A stretch of 64,000 bases of DNA from positions 11,106 to 75,105 of the forward strand of contig CAMYII010000069.1 of assembly GCA_947258385.1 (NCBI GenBank), given 5' to 3'. The position numbers were made by a program, and so were the translations under genes. The notes beneath the pieces are model-generated. The model did no database searches, had not been told where the DNA came from, and worked only from the letters and a program-made list of their open reading frames with translations. The stretch is from Acidiferrobacterales bacterium. Its GTDB lineage: Bacteria > Pseudomonadota > Gammaproteobacteria > Acidiferrobacterales > SZUA-150. Each line of letters starts with the position of its first letter. The stretch's first letter is position 1. Positions 57,763 through 64,000 of this stretch are shown one piece after another.

Positions 57763-57927
57763 GGACAATAATCCATCAATTGGAACAGGCGACGTAGCGG
57801 TGACAGTCGATGCTGTCGGTTTGACCCCGCTGACCAGGCGCACAGAGTTGCGGGCGCAGTTTATTCCAAGCGCTGCCGAGGTTAAACTTGGCCCACATAG
57901 TAAACCAACTCACGTAATCCAGAAACC

Positions 57928-58749
57928 GTGTCGTCCAACCCGCTACCGCTGATTATCGAGCCGGACGCCCTGCAAGCGCAGCTCGGCAAGACGAACCTAC
58001 TCATCGCCGACCTCTGTAAGCCCGAGGTCTACGCGCGCACGCATCTTCCGGGCGCGGTGCACCTGGATTACATGCAGGTGATCGCGGCCTTCAATCCCGG
58101 CATGGGCCTGCTGCCCGGTGAAGCCCAGTTGAGCGAGCTGTTTTCCTCGATCGGCATGACACCCGACACCCACCACGTCGTCGCCTACGACGATGAGGGC
58201 GGCGGGCGCGCCGCCCGGCTGTTGTGGACCCTGGAAATGATCGGCCATCGCAGCTATTCGCTGCTCAACGGCGGCATCCACGCCTGGGCCGCGGAGAACC
58301 GCCCGCTGACCTCGGAAGCAGCGGCCCCCTCGCGCAGCCGGTACCCGGTCACGATCCTCGGGACAGCCGGCGCCGACAAACCCTATATCCTGGAGCACCT
58401 GAACGACCCCGGGGTCGTGCTGCTGGACTGCCGCTCACCGGCCGAATACGCGGGTCGCAAGAGCTTTGCCCGGCGTGCGGGACACATCCCCGGCGCAGTG
58501 AATTTTGAATGGACGAACGCGATCGATCCACAACGCGCGCTGCGCCTGCGACCGGCAGAGGAGATTGGACCGGCCCTGCGCCGCCTCGGCGCAAGCCCTG
58601 AGAAGGAAGTGATCACTTACTGCCAGACCCATCACCGCTCGGCGCACACCTATATCGTGCTGAAGAGCTTGGGCTATGAGAAAATTAAGGGGTACGCGGG
58701 CTCCTGGTCAGAGTGGGGCAATGACCTGGAGACGCCTGTCGAACAATAA
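57928..58749 (+). CDS. Tandem-domain rhodanese / thiosulfate sulfurtransferase (RhdA-like)
   Basis: HLPGA, GHIPGA, active-site loop YCQTHHRS, YAGSWSEW. Confidence 0.93.
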   Translation: MSSNPLPLIIEPDALQAQLGKTNLLIADLCKPEVYARTHLPGAVHLDYMQVIAAFNPGMGLLPGEAQLSELFSSIGMTPDTHHVVAYDDEGGGRAARLLWTLEMIGHRSYSLLNGGIHAWAAENRPLTSEAAAPSRSRYPVTILGTAGADKPYILEHLNDPGVVLLDCRSPAEYAGRKSFARRAGHIPGAVNFEWTNAIDPQRALRLRPAEEIGPALRRLGASPEKEVITYCQTHHRSAHTYIVLKSLGYEKIKGYAGSWSEWGNDLETPVEQ

Positions 58750-58759
58750 GGCCGATGGT

Positions 58760-58984
58760 TTACAAGGGGTCCCGACCGATATCACAGGTATAACAACGCG
58801 AGCCCCAACCATCGTCTTCGAGCGCCGTGTCAACCTCGCGCAAGGCATACACATCACCGACATAGACCATCGCCGCTGCCTCGCACATCTCGGGGTCGAG
58901 CTCACACACCGTCTCGGCCTGGGAGACGAGCGCCTGCGCTCTGACCGTCACGTTACGGACCGAATCAACGAGCCTGTTCATCAT
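58760..58984 (-). CDS. Small hypothetical Cys-containing protein
   Basis: 74 aa ORF with GGAGGGG RBS, filling an intergenic gap; no recognised family. Confidence 0.45.
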   Translation of the reverse strand: MMNRLVDSVRNVTVRAQALVSQAETVCELDPEMCEAAAMVYVGDVYALREVDTALEDDGWGSRCYTCDIGRDPL

Positions 58985-59344
58985 TCACCCCTCCCCGGCC
59001 AATCACTGCCGGAAGCATGATACCTGATTCCTCTAGAGCAGCAAATTCCATGCCGGTTTTGGCCCTATGAAGGTCAACTAACCCTCTGACTTTATGACAG
59101 AAAAGAGCCGTCTACCGGCCCCGCAGACTACCTTAGGCCGCGGGGTGCCGCTCACGGTCGCATCCGCTCGCGCCGGCCCCGGGCGCTGGCAGGCCCGGTG
59201 CGCCCTCGGGACCGGGTTTTCCCACGAACTGCAACCCCCCAGACGGTCGTCCCACGGGCCGTGCGAGGATCGGCCGGTGGGCACGATCATTGCACTGGTA
59301 AGCCTAGAACGGTAACCAAACGACCAGGCCAATTTATCGGAAAA

Positions 59345-60178
59345 ATGCCCGAGAAATCGAAAAATCCATCAGGCCCTTCTCGCCGGCTGCTCGGCGAGCA
59401 CACAGGCAGGTACGTGATTCATGCGCTGCTGTTCGTGGTGCTGTACGTTCTTTTTGCCGGCCTGCTGGCGATCTCCGGCATTGTGGAGCAGATCAGCATG
59501 GATACGGGTTCAGGTAACGGCCAGAACAACTCTGGACTGTTACTGCTGTACCTGATGCCACTGATTTTCGCCGTCTGGGGGCATGAGGCGGCCACCATCC
59601 TCATCCGCAAGGCAAACAAGATCGCGCATAAAAGCGAACGTGGCGGGCGGGCACTCCCGGTCTCTGATGTGGATCCGTGCGGCACCGGAACCGCCGTGGG
59701 CGATTCCAGCTTCAATCTGCACGAGCTCATCTATCACTGCATGACAGCACTCACCGCACGGGCCCAACGTAAGACCTTGATCCTGTCGATCAACATCCAC
59801 TCGAATGTCCCGGTGTGGGTGACCGGTAATGAGTCGGAGCTGTGCCAGGTCATACGCGGGTTATTGAACAACGCCGTCAAGTTTACCGACAGCGGCGAGA
59901 TCGCCCTGAATGCAAAGACCCTGGAGGAATCACGCGGCAAGGTGTTGCTGCGGATCGAGATCCTGGACACCGGCATCGGTATGAGTCCCGAGACGCAGAC
60001 CCGCATATTTGACTACGACGCCCCGGACGGCGCCGAGGACGATAGCCTGTCGGTCTGCAAATCACTGATCGAAACGATGGGCGGCAAGATGGGCGTTAAC
60101 AGTGAGCGCTACCACGGAAGCACTTTCTGGTTTACAACCTTATTACACAAACACTCGGCACGCGGGATCGCCGCCTGA
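59345..60178 (+). CDS. Membrane protein with a C-terminal HATPase_c domain lacking HisKA (degenerate sensor kinase)
   Basis: Two TM helices; LLNNAVKFT (N box), DTGIGM (G1), MGG..GSTFWF; no H-box, G2 box degenerate. Confidence 0.75.
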   Translation: MPEKSKNPSGPSRRLLGEHTGRYVIHALLFVVLYVLFAGLLAISGIVEQISMDTGSGNGQNNSGLLLLYLMPLIFAVWGHEAATILIRKANKIAHKSERGGRALPVSDVDPCGTGTAVGDSSFNLHELIYHCMTALTARAQRKTLILSINIHSNVPVWVTGNESELCQVIRGLLNNAVKFTDSGEIALNAKTLEESRGKVLLRIEILDTGIGMSPETQTRIFDYDAPDGAEDDSLSVCKSLIETMGGKMGVNSERYHGSTFWFTTLLHKHSARGIAA

Positions 60179-61336
60179 TCAACACGCGGCGAGGTAGGAC
60201 GCGATGCGCCGCACCCCCTCCTGCAGATTCTCCAGCGTATTCGCATAGGAAAACCGCAGGTGCTCCTGCGGCCGGTGGAAGCCGAAATCCACCCCGGGCG
60301 TGACGGCGACACCGGCCTTGTCCAGCAACTCGAAGGCGAAACGATAGCTGTCGTCGGTAAAGCGGCGACAGTCGGCGTAGACGTAGAACGCCCCCTGGGG
60401 CGTCACCGGAATCTCGAACCCCAGCTCGCGCAGCGCCGGCAGCAGGTAATCGCGCCGTTGCTTGAAAATCCGGCGGCGGCGCTCGAGCTCACGGCCCACG
60501 TCCGCTCCGAATGCCGCCAGCGCCGCGTACTGGGCAAGGGTCGAAGGCGCAATGAAAATATTCTGCGCCAGCCTATCCACCGCGTTGACATAGCGCTCCG
60601 GGGCCACCAGCCAGCCCACGCGCCATCCGGTCATGCCGTAGTACTTGGAAAAACTGTTGATGACAAAGACATCGCTGGAATGGCGCAATACGCTGACGGC
60701 TTGCGAATCATAGATGAGCCCGTGATAGATCTCATCGACAATCAACACGCCGCCAAGCTCTTGGACCGTCCGCACGATCCGCGCCATCTCCTCATCGGCC
60801 ACCACGGTACCGGTGGGATTGGACGGGGACGCCAGCAGCACCGCCACGGTGTTCGCGGTCCAGTGCCGCCGGATCAGCTCCACGTTGAGCTGATAGCCGG
60901 TCGCCGCGTCCACCGGCACCGCCACCGCTTTGCCCTCGAACAGGCGCACGAAATGTCGGTTGCAGGGATAGCCGGGGTCGGCCAGGAGTACCTCATCACC
61001 GGGGTCGATCAGGGCCGCGAAAATGAGCTGCAGCGCGCCGGACGCCCCCGGGGTGACGCACACCCTCCCGGGCTCCGGCCGCGCGTCCTCGGGATAACTG
61101 CCGGCGATCACCTGGCGCAGCTCCGGCAGGCCGAGTGCCGGGGTGTAGTGGGTGTAACCCCGGCGCAACCCCTCGATGCCCGCCTGCACGATGCCCCCGG
61201 CGCTGGGAAAATCGGGTTCTCCGATCTCCATGTGAATAATGGACCTGCCGGTCGCCTCCATGGCGCGGGCGCGCGCCAGGACTTCCATGACATGAAAGGG
61301 TTGGATGTCGTGCATGCGGGCGGCAAGCGGCTTCAT
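60179..61336 (-). CDS. Class I/II PLP-dependent aminotransferase
   Basis: IGEPDF, YT.ALG..LR, SPSNPTG, DEIY, NSFSKYYGMTGWRVG. Confidence 0.94.
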   Translation of the reverse strand: MKPLAARMHDIQPFHVMEVLARARAMEATGRSIIHMEIGEPDFPSAGGIVQAGIEGLRRGYTHYTPALGLPELRQVIAGSYPEDARPEPGRVCVTPGASGALQLIFAALIDPGDEVLLADPGYPCNRHFVRLFEGKAVAVPVDAATGYQLNVELIRRHWTANTVAVLLASPSNPTGTVVADEEMARIVRTVQELGGVLIVDEIYHGLIYDSQAVSVLRHSSDVFVINSFSKYYGMTGWRVGWLVAPERYVNAVDRLAQNIFIAPSTLAQYAALAAFGADVGRELERRRRIFKQRRDYLLPALRELGFEIPVTPQGAFYVYADCRRFTDDSYRFAFELLDKAGVAVTPGVDFGFHRPQEHLRFSYANTLENLQEGVRRIASYLAAC

Positions 61337-61339
61337 GGG

Positions 61340-62098
61340 TCAAGCGGCGAACAAGGCACGCACCAGCGAAAGATCGAGATAGCTCGCCCCGTTGACCGGC
61401 GTGCCCGAGAGCACCCGGAAAGGCGCTCCCGGCTCGCCGAACTGGTCGAGCACGATCAGCGCGTCGCTGAAGTCGTGGTCCCGGGTATAGTCATTGACCG
61501 TGATAACCGTCTTCAGGCCGGCGCCGCGCGTGGCGGCGATGCCATTCTCCGAATCCTCAAACGCGATGCATTGCTCCGGCCCGAGCCGCATCTTCTCCAG
61601 CACATAGTGGTAGATGTCCGGCGCCGGCTTTTTCGCCGCGACCACATCCCCGGCGCCGATCACTTCGAACCAGGATTCGGCCTGCGGCGCGGCGCAGTGC
61701 CGCAGCAGCGCGCTGACATTGGCCGGCGTGGTGGTGGTGGCAATGGCCAGACGCACACCTTCAGCGCGCGCCTCGCCCAAAAGACGCAAAACGCCCGGAC
61801 GCAGCGGGATCCCCCCCCGGGCCAACAGCGCCGTGTAGTGACGGGTCTTGGCGGCGTGCAGGCGGGCCACGAGTTCATCGAAATCCGCCGGTTTCCGGTA
61901 ATCGGGGCGATACCGCTCGACGTAGTGGCGGATGCGCTCCTTGCCGCCGGTGACCGCCAGCAACGCGCCATAAAGCGTGACGCCCCAATCCCAGTCCAGA
62001 CCGAACTCCGCGAACGCCCGGTTGAACGCCACCCGGTGGCCGTCGCGTTCGGTATCGGCCAGGGTCCCGTCCACGTCAAAAATCAATGCCTGTAACAT
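61340..62098 (-). CDS. HAD-superfamily hydrolase, CbbY-like
   Basis: FDVDGTLADTERDGHRVAFN, GGKERI, KKPAPDIY, FEDS.NG. Confidence 0.88.
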   Translation of the reverse strand: MLQALIFDVDGTLADTERDGHRVAFNRAFAEFGLDWDWGVTLYGALLAVTGGKERIRHYVERYRPDYRKPADFDELVARLHAAKTRHYTALLARGGIPLRPGVLRLLGEARAEGVRLAIATTTTPANVSALLRHCAAPQAESWFEVIGAGDVVAAKKPAPDIYHYVLEKMRLGPEQCIAFEDSENGIAATRGAGLKTVITVNDYTRDHDFSDALIVLDQFGEPGAPFRVLSGTPVNGASYLDLSLVRALFAA

Positions 62099-62249
62099 CG
62101 TTTTGCCCACCTTGATAATCGCCATATAAATTGTAAGGGTATAGTGCCGCCGATCTCCCTTGTTGCACCCTCCCGGCCTTTCTGGTATAGATTCGCGCTT
62201 ATTTTTTGGGGCGGCAATCCGAAAAAACCATTATCGCAGGAGTTCATGC

Positions 62250-62696
62250 ATGCCGGCTAGAAAGAAAAACCAGGAACCATCAGACGACCTGATTCACGGA
62301 ATCAAGCCCTATGTGCTCAAGAAGGGCGAAAAGCACATGAATAAAAAACAGCAGGAGCATTTCCGCAGCATCCTGCTCGCTTGGATAGAGGAGTTACTGG
62401 ACGAGATTTCCCGCACCGTTTCGCAGCTGCGGGACGAGCACGAGACACACCCGGATCCCAACGACCGGGCCAGCCAGGAAACCGATATGTCCCTGGAACT
62501 GCGCAGCCGCGACCGCGAGAGCAAACTCATCAAGAAGATCAACGAGGCGCTGGAACGCATCGACAGCGGCGACTACGGCTATTGCCGGACCTGCGGGGTG
62601 GAAATCGGCGTGCAGCGGCTGGAGGCCCGGCCGACCGCGGAATTGTGCGTGGACTGCAAGACGCTCGATGAGATCCGCGAGAAACAGCTGGGCTGA
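62250..62696 (+). CDS. dksA: RNA polymerase-binding transcription factor DksA
   Basis: PDPNDRASQE coiled-coil tip, YGYC..CG.EIG..RLEARPTA.LC.DCK. Confidence 0.95.
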   Translation: MPARKKNQEPSDDLIHGIKPYVLKKGEKHMNKKQQEHFRSILLAWIEELLDEISRTVSQLRDEHETHPDPNDRASQETDMSLELRSRDRESKLIKKINEALERIDSGDYGYCRTCGVEIGVQRLEARPTAELCVDCKTLDEIREKQLG

Positions 62697-62774
62697 GCAC
62701 CGGCGCGCTCGCGCGCAACGAATCACGTATAATCGGGGGACTGTCAGCAGCCCCCTTTGTTTCCGGAGCGCAAT

Positions 62775-64000
62775 GTGCCCACCCTCCTGATCCGCAATGC
62801 CGTCATCGCCCGGCCCGACGGCACCACCTTCGAGGGCGACCTGGCCTGCGAGGACGGCACCATCAGCCGGCTGGGTGGGCAGCTCGACCTCGAGGCGGAA
62901 GAGACCATTGATGCCGGCGGGAAGTTGCTGCTGCCGGGGGTCATCGACCCACAGGTCCATTTCCGTGAGCCGGGCAAGGAGTACAAAGAGGATCTTGCTT
63001 CGGGGTCTCGCGCCGCGGTCAAGGGCGGTGTGACCAGCTTTCTCGAAATGCCCAATACCAATCCTGCGACCAGCACGCAGGCTGCGCTGGACGATAAATT
63101 CGCGCGCGCGGCGCAGAAATGTGTGGCCAATTACGGATTCTTTATCGGCGCCACGCCGCACAATCTCGACGCGCTCAACACCGCGGGCCCGGTCTGCGGG
63201 ATCAAGATCTTCATGGGATCGAGCACCGGGGACCTGCTGGTCAACCGGCCCGAGGACCTTGAACGCATCTTCGCCAACGGCAGCCGCTTGATTGCCGTTC
63301 ATGCCGAGGACGAGGCCCGCATCAACGCACGCAAAAAGCGTTTCGCCGGGCGTACCGACCCGGCCGTTCATTCCGAGATTCGCGATAACGAATGCGCCAG
63401 GCTGGCGACCGAGCTGGCGCTCGCACTGGCAAAGAAATATCAACGTCGATTGCACATTCTGCACCTGTCTACCCATGAGGAGGTGGAACTGCTGCGCCGG
63501 GACAAGCCGCAATGGGTCACGGCCGAGGTCATACCCAACCACCTGCTGCTGAACGTCAATGACTACGAAAAGCTGGGCACGCTCGTGCAGATGAATCCAC
63601 CGATCCGTCAGCCTGAGGACAATGCGGCCCTGTGGCAGGGACTGCACGACGGCGTCATCGATTTTATCGCCACGGACCACGCACCCCATACGCTGGAGGA
63701 AAAACGCCTGCCCTACCCCGATTCGCCCTCCGGCATGCCGGGCGTGGAAACCTCGCTGCCGCTGATGCTCACACAGATGAAAGCGGGCAAGTGTACGCTC
63801 GCGGAAATCCAGAAATGGATGTGCTGGGGCCCGGCGCAGGCCTATGGCATCGCCAATAAGGGCAAGCTGCTCGAGGGCTGGGACGCCGATATGACGCTGG
63901 TGGACCTGGACAAGGTCGAGGAACTGGACAAAGGGAACATCTTCTGTAAAGCCGGCTGGTCATACGCCCCGGTGTCCTGGGCAAGCCGCTGGTCTTCCGA
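62775..64000 (+). CDS. pyrC: Dihydroorotase (amidohydrolase family), 3' end beyond the window
   Basis: Read directly from sequence: LLPGVIDPQVHFREPG, GGVTSFLEMPNT, KIFMGSSTG, VHAED, MNPPIR, ATDHAPHT, PSGMPGVET, DAD. Confidence 0.85.
   Translation, partial: MPTLLIRNAVIARPDGTTFEGDLACEDGTISRLGGQLDLEAEETIDAGGKLLLPGVIDPQVHFREPGKEYKEDLASGSRAAVKGGVTSFLEMPNTNPATSTQAALDDKFARAAQKCVANYGFFIGATPHNLDALNTAGPVCGIKIFMGSSTGDLLVNRPEDLERIFANGSRLIAVHAEDEARINARKKRFAGRTDPAVHSEIRDNECARLATELALALAKKYQRRLHILHLSTHEEVELLRRDKPQWVTAEVIPNHLLLNVNDYEKLGTLVQMNPPIRQPEDNAALWQGLHDGVIDFIATDHAPHTLEEKRLPYPDSPSGMPGVETSLPLMLTQMKAGKCTLAEIQKWMCWGPAQAYGIANKGKLLEGWDADMTLVDLDKVEELDKGNIFCKAGWSYAPVSWASRWSS

Noticed and set aside
57763-57927. 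preQ1 riboswitch upstream of queD
   Set aside because: No recognisable preQ1 stem-loop or A-rich tail
61340-62098. CbbY as evidence of a Calvin cycle locus
   Set aside because: No RuBisCO or prk genes in the window; CbbY-like HADs also occur alone
63960-64000. Possible sequence junction at the window end (KAGWSYAPVSWASRWSS rather than the usual K.GWSPFEG)
   Set aside because: Only about 40 bases are available; too short to distinguish divergence from a contig-end artefact

Overview
GC-rich bacterial chromosomal window. The pcnB-folK-dNK-panBCD, dksA and cnoX/ybbN genes suggest a Gamma-/Betaproteobacterium, probably a sulfur-cycling one (inference). Left to right it holds six blocks. (1) A co-oriented glycan cluster: three GT4 glycosyltransferases, an ABC exporter, a tandem APH-type phosphotransferase and an alginate-export-type porin. 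(2) Mixed accessory genes: a CarS-like protein, feoAB with a Fur-like box, a thioesterase pseudogene, a GH13 enzyme, cbpAM, hsp20, PilZ, an orphan CheR and trpB2. (3) A ~13 kb respiratory island: SorAB-like sulfite dehydrogenase, an OTR-family multiheme cytochrome with 11 rather than 8 CxxCH motifs, a Psr/Ttr/Srr-type B-C-A-D molybdoenzyme operon with Ser at the expected Mo-ligating Cys position and a perfect FNR box upstream, three further small c-type cytochromes and an output-less GAF-PAS protein. (4) A sugar ABC transporter with glk and pgl. (5) Housekeeping genes and tRNA-Glu(CTC). (6) Two families of short palindromic/MITE-like repeats dispersed through the window. One locus (~24.0-24.2 kb) is chimeric and carries a foreign GcvT-type oxidoreductase fragment. 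No CRISPR array, rRNA, integrase or transposase was seen. All calls come from motif reading by eye; no database search was run.
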